Virus record (IMG/VR): IMGVR_UViG_3300028800_000079
Origin: an uncultured virus (IMG/VR IMGVR_UViG_3300028800_000079)
Lineage: Duplodnaviria > Heunggongvirae > Uroviricota > Caudoviricetes
Length of the DNA: 64,000 bases
Reading direction: 5' to 3' (one strand)
Made by a program: the position numbers and the translations under genes. Shown one piece after another: positions 30,772 through 39,828 of this stretch. The notes below the pieces were generated by a model. The model was given only the letters and a program-made list of their open reading frames with translations. It did no database searches and was not told the DNA's origin. The number at the start of each line of letters is the position of its first letter. Within the stretch, counting starts at the first letter, position 1.

Positions 30772-31452
30772 GTGACGAGATACACCATCGCTGTGCTCTG
30801 TCCTGTCCTGGCTCGCCCGCATCGGGTGGTGCTGTTGGTGGAGTCGGTGAGGGCCGCGTCGCGGGTGACGGGGTGCCGGACGGTGTTCGTCGCGACGGAG
30901 GGCGACACGGACGAGATCGCGGCGATCCGCCAGGTGGAGGCGGGCGACGTGACGTTGATCGTCGTCCCGTCCGAGGACGAGGGGTACAGCCGCAAGATCA
31001 ACACCGGGTTCGCTGAGACGACGGAGCCGTTCGTGTTCATGGCCGCCGACGACCTCGACTTCCGGCCTGGCTGCTTCGAGCGGATGCTCGCCACCCACTT
31101 GGAGACGGGCGCGTGCGTAGTCGGAACAAACGACGGCGGCCACGCCGGGACCGCGAGCGGCGACCACTCCACCCATTCGCTCGTCTGCCGCGAGTACGGC
31201 GACTGCGGCCTGATCGACGCGCCAGACTCTAGGCTACTCCTGAACCCGACGTATCGGCACTGGTTTTGCGACAACGAGCTAGTCGGTACAGCGAAGCACC
31301 GTCAGACGTACGCGCACGCGAAAGACGCCCTCGTCGTCCACTTGCACCCGAACTGGAAGAAGGCGGACATGGACGCGACCTACGCGAAGGGGCAGTCCAC
31401 TATCGCTGAGGACCGCGCCACGTTCGAGAGCCGGAAGAGGCTGTGGTCGTGA
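30772..31452 (+). CDS. Glycosyltransferase family 2-like
   Basis: IAVLCPV, INTG, FMAADD, HWFCDNE and HLHP. Confidence 0.75.
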   Translation: MTRYTIAVLCPVLARPHRVVLLVESVRAASRVTGCRTVFVATEGDTDEIAAIRQVEAGDVTLIVVPSEDEGYSRKINTGFAETTEPFVFMAADDLDFRPGCFERMLATHLETGACVVGTNDGGHAGTASGDHSTHSLVCREYGDCGLIDAPDSRLLLNPTYRHWFCDNELVGTAKHRQTYAHAKDALVVHLHPNWKKADMDATYAKGQSTIAEDRATFESRKRLWS

Positions 31453-31474
31453 GTCGCTGCGTGCTGGCGTGAGT

Positions 31475-31500
31475 CTCGCGCCCTCTGTGTGCGGTTGAAT
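31475..31500 (+). promoter_or_regulatory. Putative late promoter CTCGCGCCC-N9-GGTTGAAT
   Basis: Same motif and spacing at 35213, 44299 and 54464, each upstream of structural genes. Confidence 0.65.
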
Positions 31501-31529
31501 AAGGGTTCCCGAGCAGAGGAGCCAACACG

Positions 31530-31700
31530 ATGCCTTGCGGTTGCCAGGGTTCGACTGTCCGTACCGCCGCCACCCAGAACGTCACGACGAGCCCGAAGCA
31601 GAACGTGCAGCCTGCGGAGCGGCGCGCGTTCGGCACCGACCCCTCTGACTTCTGGGCCGGACCGGATAGGGCTAACCAGCCTGCTCTGCCGAAGCAGTAG
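31530..31700 (+). CDS. Small protein MPCGCQG... (absent from the ORF track)
   Basis: AGGAG RBS; 56 aa; just upstream of the portal gene. Confidence 0.6.
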   Translation: MPCGCQGSTVRTAATQNVTTSPKQNVQPAERRAFGTDPSDFWAGPDRANQPALPKQ

Positions 31701-31705
31701 CGCCT

Positions 31706-33685
31706 GTGGCTCGCTGGGGCTTCGGGCGGCAACCTAGACGCGACACGCGTCCCGTCGTAAGCAACCCCGCGAAGAAGGGGTCGCTGGTCGCGGCGGGGCA
31801 GCGCGTCCACCAGCGCGAAGCGCAAATCTACCGGCGGCTGATCCAGCCGTGGCAGCAGCGCGCCCTCTCCTACTACGACTCGATCGGCGAGATCAAGTAC
31901 GCCGCGAACTATGTCGGGCACGCCATGTCGCTGTTGAACCTGTTTGTCGGCCAGATCGCCGACGACGGCCAGATCGAGCAGACAGACAATCAGGCGGCGG
32001 TTGAGGCGCTCGCCCGCATCCAGGACCCCGGCGGCGGGCGTGGTGTCCGGTACGGGTTGCAGGAGCAGTACGGGAAGCTGATGTTCTTGACGGGGGAGGC
32101 GTACCTGCTCGTCTCGAACGACTCGTTCACGAACCTGGAGCAGTGGGAGATGCTGTCCACGAACGAGCTGCGCGTGATGGACGGGATCATCATGCGCTAC
32201 CGGGCACCGTCCCTGATGATCCAGGACTACCGGGAGGCCCCGGACGAGGACTTCTTCCCGCTCGGCGCCGACGCGGTCGTCTACCGGCTGTGGAAACGCT
32301 CCCCCGTCTTCTCCGCGCTCGCCGACTCGTCCATGACGGGGGTGCTCCTTTTGGCGGAGGAGCTGCTGAAACTCACAGCCGTCGTCCGCGCCCGCGCCAC
32401 CTCCAGGCTCGCCGGGCCGGGCATCGTGTTCATTGACGAGGCGCTCTCCCAGACCCCGTTGGAGCCGACCGGGGACGAGGACCCGTTGAACGACATCCTG
32501 ATGCAGGACTTCATCGAGGCGGCCACCTCCGCGATCGAGAACGAAGGGTCGGCGGCGGCGGTGTCCCCGATGTTCGTCCGCATCCCCGTCCCGGATGGCA
32601 AGAAGATCCAGGACGTGATCTACCACTTGCAGATCACCGACCCGATCCAGCTCTACCCGGAGACGGGCCTGCGGGAGGAGTGCATCCGCCGGATCGCGAC
32701 CGGGCTCGATATTCCGGCGGAGATCCTGACCGGGATGGGCGAGCTGACGCACTGGAACGCGTGGCAGGTGGACGAGTCCACCTGGAAGGCGCACTTGCAG
32801 CCGATGGCGCAACAGCTCGTCAGCGACCTGACGATGGCGTACCTGCGCCCGTACCTGCGCGACCAGAACGTCCCGGATTGGGACACGTTCGTGATCGACT
32901 ACGACGCGTCCGCGATCATCAACCACCCCGACCGTGGTGCAGCAGCCGACGCCGCCTACGACAAGGGCACGTTGAGCGACGAGTCGTACCGGAAGGCGAA
33001 GGGGTTCGATGAGGACGACGCGCCCTCCGAGGAAGAGAAAGACATGTGGCTGGGCGTGAAGGTGCGCGACGCGTCGCTGGCGAAGTACGGGATCCCGTCG
33101 CTGAAGCCGGGCGGGCTGAAACCGGAGGCGGGCGTCGTGGAGATGGGCGACGCGTCCTCGGGAGGCGGCGAAGTCGTCGCACCGAAAACCGTCGCCACTC
33201 CTACTCCTGCGGAGACGGTGAAAGACCAGCCGCCGCAACCCGTGTCGGGGGACGTGCTCGGCTCCGGGTTTGCCGTCGCAGGCGAACTCGCCGTCCTGCG
33301 GGCACGCGAACTCGCGGGGGCAAAGATCCGTAACCAGGCGAAACGCGACCCCGAATCGCTCGCCCTCCTGGAAGGCGTCCGGCACGGCCTCGTCGCGTAT
33401 ACGCTCGGCCGCGACAAGGTGCGGGAACTGTGCCGCGGCATGTCGGACGCGCAGCTCGTGTCCACCAGCGGGGCCGGGTCCGGGGTCGAGTACTTGGTGG
33501 AGGAGGCGCTCCGCCGGTTCGGGGTCACCGACCAGGCGGTGATCAGGTTGATCGTGTCGAACGTGGAGAAGCACGCCGCCCAGACCCTGTACGACGAACG
33601 GCCTCGCCCGCTGCCGGAGCCGCTCCTGAACCGGGTCGCGCAGGAGGCGTCCCGGAACGGCCACAAGACGCAGGCTGAAGCGTGA
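31706..33685 (+). CDS. Portal protein
   Basis: YYDSIGEIKY, GEAYL, IRRIATGLDIPAEILTG and HWNAWQ resemble actinophage portals; first large gene of the head module. Confidence 0.8.
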   Translation: MARWGFGRQPRRDTRPVVSNPAKKGSLVAAGQRVHQREAQIYRRLIQPWQQRALSYYDSIGEIKYAANYVGHAMSLLNLFVGQIADDGQIEQTDNQAAVEALARIQDPGGGRGVRYGLQEQYGKLMFLTGEAYLLVSNDSFTNLEQWEMLSTNELRVMDGIIMRYRAPSLMIQDYREAPDEDFFPLGADAVVYRLWKRSPVFSALADSSMTGVLLLAEELLKLTAVVRARATSRLAGPGIVFIDEALSQTPLEPTGDEDPLNDILMQDFIEAATSAIENEGSAAAVSPMFVRIPVPDGKKIQDVIYHLQITDPIQLYPETGLREECIRRIATGLDIPAEILTGMGELTHWNAWQVDESTWKAHLQPMAQQLVSDLTMAYLRPYLRDQNVPDWDTFVIDYDASAIINHPDRGAAADAAYDKGTLSDESYRKAKGFDEDDAPSEEEKDMWLGVKVRDASLAKYGIPSLKPGGLKPEAGVVEMGDASSGGGEVVAPKTVATPTPAETVKDQPPQPVSGDVLGSGFAVAGELAVLRARELAGAKIRNQAKRDPESLALLEGVRHGLVAYTLGRDKVRELCRGMSDAQLVSTSGAGSGVEYLVEEALRRFGVTDQAVIRLIVSNVEKHAAQTLYDERPRPLPEPLLNRVAQEASRNGHKTQAEA

Positions 33686-34067
33686 CGGACATGACGCCGC
33701 AGCAGCGGATCCGCAACGCGGAACAGGTCGTGCGGGAGCAGCGCGCCGCGCCCGCCAGCCCGCAAGTGTTCACGGTGGACGGCGACATGGATGCGGTCAG
33801 CATGGACGACTACCTTGACGCGGAGTACGAGCTTGTCCGGTTGCAGCAGGCCGTGATGGGTGAAGCATCGGACACCGATTCACTCCCGCGTGACTCTCTA
33901 GGCGAGGTTTAGGGTTGCTCGCGCATCCGGTTCGGCGTAGAGTCCGGGTGGGGACTGCCTCCCCAACGGAGCGGTATCCGACGGCGGTGCCGCTCCACCT
34001 TCCTTTCGCGTCTACCTCTATCCCCCCGGAGGGGTAGACGTTGGCTGAGTACCGTTCGAGCCGGGCG

Positions 34068-35123
34068 ATGACAGCGGAGGCGGTGGCCGCGTCGAAGCCG
34101 AAACCTCCGAAGCCTGTTCCGGTCGCGCCGAGCGCGGAGCACCACAACCGGATCCTCCGGGCGGGCTACAAGCGGGCGGACGACCTGGAGGCCAGGATGG
34201 TTAGGGTGCTCGCACCGATCCTGCGGCGGGCGGGCCGGGACGCGGCGGCGAACTTCACCGCACGCGCAACAAGCCACCTCGCGGCAGCCGGAAAGAAGCC
34301 GCCCCCGTCCGTGACGCCGGAGGAGTTGAAAGCCAGGACGCAGGCCGTCGAGGACGCGAAGGCGAAGCTCCGAACCGCGTTGCATGACGGCTCCGGCGAG
34401 CAGCACGTCGAGGCGGTGAAGCAGGAGTTGCGCGACGCGCAGGCGAACCTGTATCGCGCGTCCGCCCGCAACCCCGTCTGGACCGCCCCCGCCCCTGCCG
34501 AGGTGTTGGACGTGGACGCGCTCGTCCTGTCGTTGCGGACGAAGACGGAGCCCGTCCGGCAGGCGATGGTGCAGGCCGTCGCACGGCAGAGCATCGAACA
34601 GGCCGGGGTCGCGTTCGACGTGTCGAACCCGTACGTGCGTCGTGAAGTCGAGAACACCGCGAGCCAGATCACGCACATCGCGCAGACGACACAGGCGAAC
34701 GTCGCGAAGATCGTGCAGGCCAGCTACGAGCAGGGACTCTCGATCCCGGACACCGCGAAGGCGATCCGTGTCGGGATGGCGGAGCAGTCCATGACGCGGG
34801 CGACGCTGATTGCGCGGACGACGCTTGCGGGCGCAACGAACGGCGGATCGCTCGCCGCGACACAGGCGATTGTTGCGGCTACAGGCGGGACGGCTAGCTA
34901 CGCGAAGACATGGATGACAGCGCCAGGCGCGACGTACCCCCGCCACGAACTCGTAGACGGCCTAGACGGGCAGCAGCAGCCGCTCGACCAGCCGTTCGAT
35001 GTGGACGGGGAGCCGATGATGTATCCGGGTGACCCGAGCGCGTCACCGGAGAACTGCTGCAATTGCCGGTGTACGCTCAGCTATGCGGACGGCACGGAAG
35101 TCTCCGCCGACGATGCAGGCTAG
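34068..35123 (+). CDS. MuF-like minor head protein
   Basis: RATLIART, KTW, RH..DG, PFDVDGEPMMYPGDP and NCRC. Confidence 0.85.
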   Translation: MTAEAVAASKPKPPKPVPVAPSAEHHNRILRAGYKRADDLEARMVRVLAPILRRAGRDAAANFTARATSHLAAAGKKPPPSVTPEELKARTQAVEDAKAKLRTALHDGSGEQHVEAVKQELRDAQANLYRASARNPVWTAPAPAEVLDVDALVLSLRTKTEPVRQAMVQAVARQSIEQAGVAFDVSNPYVRREVENTASQITHIAQTTQANVAKIVQASYEQGLSIPDTAKAIRVGMAEQSMTRATLIARTTLAGATNGGSLAATQAIVAATGGTASYAKTWMTAPGATYPRHELVDGLDGQQQPLDQPFDVDGEPMMYPGDPSASPENCCNCRCTLSYADGTEVSADDAG

Positions 35124-35212
35124 GCCCGCTTCTCCTGCCGCCAGGCGTTCCAGAGCCGGTACGCCGCCCACTCCGTCTCAACCTCGCTGAACCGTCCGCG
35201 CTTGCCACGCGG

Positions 35213-35238
35213 CTCGCGCCCTCCCCGTGGGGTTGAAT
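35213..35238 (+). promoter_or_regulatory. Putative late promoter
   Basis: CTCGCGCCC-N9-GGTTGAAT. Confidence 0.65.
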
Positions 35239-35286
35239 GGGAAACCACATCCACTCGCACCCCCCTGGACAAGGGAGAGGAGAACG

Positions 35287-37965
35287 ATGAACGCGCAGGA
35301 GCGGCGCAGGGCACGGAGGGCGCAGGCACGGGCAACGGAGCGCGCCCGCAAGGTTTCCCAGGAGCAGGCCACCGAACTCGCGGCGCTCGCGCTCGTCGCA
35401 GCCGCGTCGGGGCTGGCGCTCGGGGAGAGGGACGAGAAGTGGGATAGCGGCGCGGCAGTCAAGAGCTACGAGCTGCCCGCAGACGCCGACTGCTTCATGT
35501 GGAAGGACCCGGACGGCGATCCGGCCGTGAAGGGGTCGTACAAGCTGCCGTTCGTGTCGAAGGACGGCGGCAAGCACGCCGTCTGGGGCGCGATCACCGC
35601 TATCGCGGGGGTGTTGCAGGGCGCGCAGGGTGGCGTGGACATCCCGGACGCGGACAAGGCGAAGGTGCGCTCGAAGGTGGAGGGCTACTACCGGGACGCC
35701 GCGAAGAAGTACGGCGACGACAAGATCAAGGCTCCCTGGCTCGCTGACGAAGCCGCCGCAGAGGTGGAGCAGTTCGTCGGGAACAACAACGACACGCCCG
35801 GAGACACCGACGTGTGCGCCGCCTGCGACCATCCCGGCGGGATGCACGCCGGGGAAGCGAACATGGGTGCGTGCTCGGTCGCGGATTGCGACTGTGCCGG
35901 GTACACGTTCGAGTCTGCCGCACAGACGGACGAGTTCGCGGCCGGTGACGAGCCGGTGCTCCCGGACGCGCACAAGCCGCAGTCCAGGATTCCGCGCCGC
36001 CACCCGTCGCCTCGGCTGCCGGACGTGACGAGGGTCCCGACAAGGGACGGGCAGGCCGGGAAGGCGCAGTGGACGGCGACGCTCGCCCCGGAAGGGCGAC
36101 TCACCGACGACGGGCGCGCGTTCGCTCCCGACTCGATCTCGTGGCGTGATCTGCCGTTGACGCTGATGGGGTTGACGGGCACGTCGGCGGAAGGCGGCCA
36201 CGACGGCGCAGAGGTCGCAGGCCGGATCGACCAGATTTGGCGTGAAGGCGGACTGATCAAGGCGTCCGGGATCTTCGACACGTCCGAGTTCGGGCAGGAG
36301 ATCGCGCGCATGGTCGGCGACGGCACCCTGCGCGGCGTCTCGGTGGACCTCGCGATCCACAAGTACGACTTCGGCCCCAAGACCGACTGGTTCAACGCCG
36401 ACGGCGAATGGGCACCCGTCGAGCAGTCCGACGACGACGCCCCCTCCATGATCGACCTGCTGTTCGGCGACCAGGACGAGGACATGATCTTCGTGGTGAC
36501 GGACGCGACGATCGGGATGGCGACCGCGTGCCCGTTCCAGGCGTTCGCGGACGCCACGATCGAACCCGCCTCGTCGCTCGTGGCTGCCCCGCACGACGCG
36601 ATGTGGACGGTGACGCAGCAGGCAGCCTGGACGGTCGTGCTCAAGTTCGACCCGGCGATGCTGCAAGAAATGTCGGCAAGCGGTGATATGCTTGAAGCAT
36701 GTTCCGGCCAGGACCAACTCACTGCACTGCCTGTGGGCGTAAACTCACTAAGAGCAGCCGCTCAGGTCATTGCCGAACTTGCTATGACGCTGCCTGTGCA
36801 AACGGAACTCTCCCTGATCCAGAGTGCAGCGAGTGTGGAAGAACTTTCCCTCGCAAGCGCGGACAACACTACGGAATGCAAGTCTGCCCTGAATGCAAGC
36901 CTGAACGCGATAGAAGACTTGCTCGCGAGCGCTATGCCAATCTCGACCCCGAGAGGAAGAGGGCCTATCTCAGAACAACCGCGGAAGCCCAAAAACGATG
37001 GGCGAAAACGGATCACGGGAGAAAGATCATTCGCGCAAGAGCATTCCGTCGCTACTCCGGGATCGACGTTCGATGGGATGAACTCGAACGACTCATGGAG
37101 CAGCAAGGACATCGCTGTCCCATCTGTCTTGAACCCATCGACTACGAATCTGGGAGAGGCACAGTCAAGAATCCACACATTGACCACCAGCCAGGGACAA
37201 CGACTCTTCGCGGATGGCTCTGTAGTCCGTGCAATCGAGGTCTTGGCTGCTTCGGCGACGATCCTGAACGACTCGAACGAGCAGCAGCTTACGTTCGACG
37301 CTCCGGTATCCCCACCGAAGGAGTGGTTTACCCGCGAGGGCGAAAGCCCGGTCGCCCCGCTAACAGTTAGCGATGAAGGCCGTGTGTCAGGGTACGCGGC
37401 TACGTGGAATCAATGTCACGTCGCTTTCCCTGACCAGTGCGTAACTGCTCCACACTCGAAAACCGACTACGCCTATTACCTCATGGGCGAAGTCGTCTGC
37501 GACGACGGATCGCGCGTCGCTACTGGTACCGTCACTCTCGGTACAGGTCATGCTGGCCCTGGGCTCGGGATGACTGCCGCGACAGCTCACTATGATCACA
37601 CCGGAACGGGTGTTGCAGATGTTGTTGTGGGCGAGGACGAGCACGGGATTTGGGTGGCGGGAGCACTGCGTCCTAGTCTTTCGACAGCAACCGTTCGGGA
37701 ACTCCGCGCCGCGAAATTGTCAGGGGATTGGCGGAATGTGGATGGCAACCTCGAACTGTGCGCCCTCCTGGCGGTGAACGTGCCGGGGTTCCCGATCCCG
37801 CGCCCGCGCGCCTCGATCGAGGCTAGCGGCGGAACAGAGGTGATCGTGTCCCTGACGGCGGCCGGGGTGATGGTCGAGCCGGACGAGTTGCGGGAGCAGA
37901 TGCAGGCGCTCCGGTTGAAGGCTGACGGCGAGTTCGACACGCTCGCCGCGGCTGTGGAGGAGTAG
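35287..37965 (+). CDS. Capsid maturation protease (multidomain) with a ~216-codon in-frame insert
   Basis: APEG..T.DGR, GHDGA...GRID, RGVSVD and C..AFADA; C-terminal domain SGDWR...LAVNVPGFP. Confidence 0.8.
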   Translation: MNAQERRRARRAQARATERARKVSQEQATELAALALVAAASGLALGERDEKWDSGAAVKSYELPADADCFMWKDPDGDPAVKGSYKLPFVSKDGGKHAVWGAITAIAGVLQGAQGGVDIPDADKAKVRSKVEGYYRDAAKKYGDDKIKAPWLADEAAAEVEQFVGNNNDTPGDTDVCAACDHPGGMHAGEANMGACSVADCDCAGYTFESAAQTDEFAAGDEPVLPDAHKPQSRIPRRHPSPRLPDVTRVPTRDGQAGKAQWTATLAPEGRLTDDGRAFAPDSISWRDLPLTLMGLTGTSAEGGHDGAEVAGRIDQIWREGGLIKASGIFDTSEFGQEIARMVGDGTLRGVSVDLAIHKYDFGPKTDWFNADGEWAPVEQSDDDAPSMIDLLFGDQDEDMIFVVTDATIGMATACPFQAFADATIEPASSLVAAPHDAMWTVTQQAAWTVVLKFDPAMLQEMSASGDMLEACSGQDQLTALPVGVNSLRAAAQVIAELAMTLPVQTELSLIQSAASVEELSLASADNTTECKSALNASLNAIEDLLASAMPISTPRGRGPISEQPRKPKNDGRKRITGERSFAQEHSVATPGSTFDGMNSNDSWSSKDIAVPSVLNPSTTNLGEAQSRIHTLTTSQGQRLFADGSVVRAIEVLAASATILNDSNEQQLTFDAPVSPPKEWFTREGESPVAPLTVSDEGRVSGYAATWNQCHVAFPDQCVTAPHSKTDYAYYLMGEVVCDDGSRVATGTVTLGTGHAGPGLGMTAATAHYDHTGTGVADVVVGEDEHGIWVAGALRPSLSTATVRELRAAKLSGDWRNVDGNLELCALLAVNVPGFPIPRPRASIEASGGTEVIVSLTAAGVMVEPDELREQMQALRLKADGEFDTLAAAVEE
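36699..37370 (+). CDS. Endonuclease VII-like HNH endonuclease nested in the -1 frame of the protease
   Basis: QGHRCPIC...HIDH...LRGWLCSPCNRGLGCFGDDPERLERAAAY; N-terminal CxxC repeats; extended -10 TGaTATGCT at 36684-36692. Confidence 0.85.
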   Translation: MFRPGPTHCTACGRKLTKSSRSGHCRTCYDAACANGTLPDPECSECGRTFPRKRGQHYGMQVCPECKPERDRRLARERYANLDPERKRAYLRTTAEAQKRWAKTDHGRKIIRARAFRRYSGIDVRWDELERLMEQQGHRCPICLEPIDYESGRGTVKNPHIDHQPGTTTLRGWLCSPCNRGLGCFGDDPERLERAAAYVRRSGIPTEGVVYPRGRKPGRPANS

Positions 37966-37967
37966 CG

Positions 37968-38981
37968 TTGGGTCACGCCAGCGTTACTCTCGGCAAGAGC
38001 CGCCGCAACGTGCTTGTCGCAGACGCGGAGCCGATCCCTGACTCTGAACTAGAGGTTGAGGGTCACTCCAGCGTGACGGCGGACGCGTCCACCACGGAGA
38101 CGGTGGTGGTGGACGACATCGCCGCGGACGCCCGCCAGGAGCTGCAAATCTGGTGGACGGAGCATCCGGCGGAACGGCAGGAAGAGATCGAGGACTCCGG
38201 CTACGACCCCGTAGACGAGCCGCTCGACTACTGGCCCGTTGAACTGGCCGAGCCTGTCCACGCCGAGATCGCCGCCCGCGTCAACGACTCCGGTGTCCTG
38301 GATCTCGCGGACGTGCTGGAGTGGGAGACGCAGGAGCAGGCCGAGAACGACGCGGACGAGGCGGCACAGTCGCGCGAGTTCGCGGCGCTGCTCCATGACG
38401 CGTCTCTCCCGCTCCCTGATGAGGTTGAGCCGCCCGCCCCTGCTGAAGAAACCGTGTTGGCGGCTTCCGCGTCCGACTCGTCGGCGACGCACGCGACAGC
38501 ACTTGAAGCCCTGGCCTCTATGCACAGGGCTAGCACCGAGGCTGTGACCTCGCTGGTCGCGTCGGCCCCGACGAGTCGGGACGCGGGGACTGAGAACGAG
38601 CTGGCGATGCTCGCGATCGACACGCTCCGCGAGTTCGCGGTCCGGCCCGCACCCGCGCCGCCGCAGATGGGCGACATTCACGTTCACACGCCGCAGCAGG
38701 ACATGACGTTCCGGGTCGAGTCGCCGACGGTGGAACCCCACATTGACGTGCATCTGCCTGAGCAGGCCGCCCCGAACGTGACGGTGAACGTGCCGGAGCA
38801 GGCGGCACCCGACCCGTCGCCTATCGTGGTGAACGTGCAGCCGACGCCCGTCAAGGTCACATCGCCGCCCGTCAAGGTGGACGTGCATATGCCGGAGCAG
38901 CGGCAGGCCGCGAAACGGATCCACGTTGACGTAGACGCGATGGGACACAAGACCTACCGCGTCGAGGAGGAGGACGAGTGA
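37968..38981 (+). CDS. Hypothetical acidic protein with Pro/Val-rich C-terminus
   Basis: PNVTVNVPEQ-type repeats; start uncertain. Confidence 0.6.
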   Translation: MGHASVTLGKSRRNVLVADAEPIPDSELEVEGHSSVTADASTTETVVVDDIAADARQELQIWWTEHPAERQEEIEDSGYDPVDEPLDYWPVELAEPVHAEIAARVNDSGVLDLADVLEWETQEQAENDADEAAQSREFAALLHDASLPLPDEVEPPAPAEETVLAASASDSSATHATALEALASMHRASTEAVTSLVASAPTSRDAGTENELAMLAIDTLREFAVRPAPAPPQMGDIHVHTPQQDMTFRVESPTVEPHIDVHLPEQAAPNVTVNVPEQAAPDPSPIVVNVQPTPVKVTSPPVKVDVHMPEQRQAAKRIHVDVDAMGHKTYRVEEEDE

Positions 38982-39271
38982 CCGACACATGGAACGGTCC
39001 GGTCGCCTACCTGGACGGCTGGCACTGGTCGGTCGTCACCGACGCTGCCGGTGTTGAGTCGCTCGCCGACAAGTTGTACCTCGAAGACGATGGCACCTTC
39101 CGGCTCGCGGTGGACGGTGACGCGTCCTGGCAGGACCGCAAGTTCGTCCGCTACGCGATGATCGTCCCCGAGGACGGGCAGCCGGGCATCTCGGTGTCCG
39201 CCGACGAGCTGGCGTTCGTGACCGAACAGCTCGCGCAGCGCCGCGCTGAACAGAGCGGAGGTGCGTCATGA
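38978..39271 (+). CDS. Hypothetical protein
   Basis: Coupled ORF with GGAGG RBS. Confidence 0.6.
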   Translation: MTDTWNGPVAYLDGWHWSVVTDAAGVESLADKLYLEDDGTFRLAVDGDASWQDRKFVRYAMIVPEDGQPGISVSADELAFVTEQLAQRRAEQSGGAS

Positions 39272-39813
39272 CCGCTATCTGCATGGACGACATCGTCTGG
39301 ACCGACCGGTACGGCCGCCGCGTCCGGCTCGGCTACCGGGAAGGAAGTCTGACCGCGACACTGTGGCGGCGCAGCTGGCGCGACTGGGTGGTGTGGGCGA
39401 CCGGCAAATCGCAGTACCTGATCTCGAAGCTGCTCAACCAGCTTTTCAACGCGACCGCCTATAGCTTCCCAGCCACCGTCTACATGGCGCTCTGGACTTC
39501 CGCTCTCGCGGCAGCCTCGACCGGGGCGACAGCCGGTGAAGCAGCCTACACCGGCTACACGCGGGTGGCGATGACCGCAAACAACACCAACTTCTCCACG
39601 TCGAGCGCGGGGACGGCGACCACGAACAGTGTCGCGGTCACGTTCCCCGCTGCCGGGTCAGGTCCGACCACCGTCACCTATTTCGCGATCCTCGACACGG
39701 CGACGCTCGGGGCCGGGAACATCCTCTACTGGGGGTCAATCACTTCGACGGTGATCGCGAACGGCGACACGCCCCAGGTGAACGCCAGCGCCCTGTCGGT
39801 CACCGAGACGTAA
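39268..39813 (+). CDS. Putative virion structural protein
   Basis: VYMALWT...GYTRV...N...VTFP....TVTYFAI.D..GNILY resembles a common phage fibre/structural family. Confidence 0.6.
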   Translation: MTAICMDDIVWTDRYGRRVRLGYREGSLTATLWRRSWRDWVVWATGKSQYLISKLLNQLFNATAYSFPATVYMALWTSALAAASTGATAGEAAYTGYTRVAMTANNTNFSTSSAGTATTNSVAVTFPAAGSGPTTVTYFAILDTATLGAGNILYWGSITSTVIANGDTPQVNASALSVTET

Positions 39814-39828
39814 ACGGGCGGGGGCTCA

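Noticed and set aside
31547..31560. GGTTCGA T-loop-like sequence suggesting a tRNA
   Set aside because: No cloverleaf; it lies inside a small ORF with a good RBS. No tRNA was recognised in the window.
31400..33664. Long minus-strand ORFs such as 31400-33664, 35077-36717 and 44263-45552
   Set aside because: Antisense shadows of GC-rich genes; Arg/Pro/Gly-rich with no motifs.
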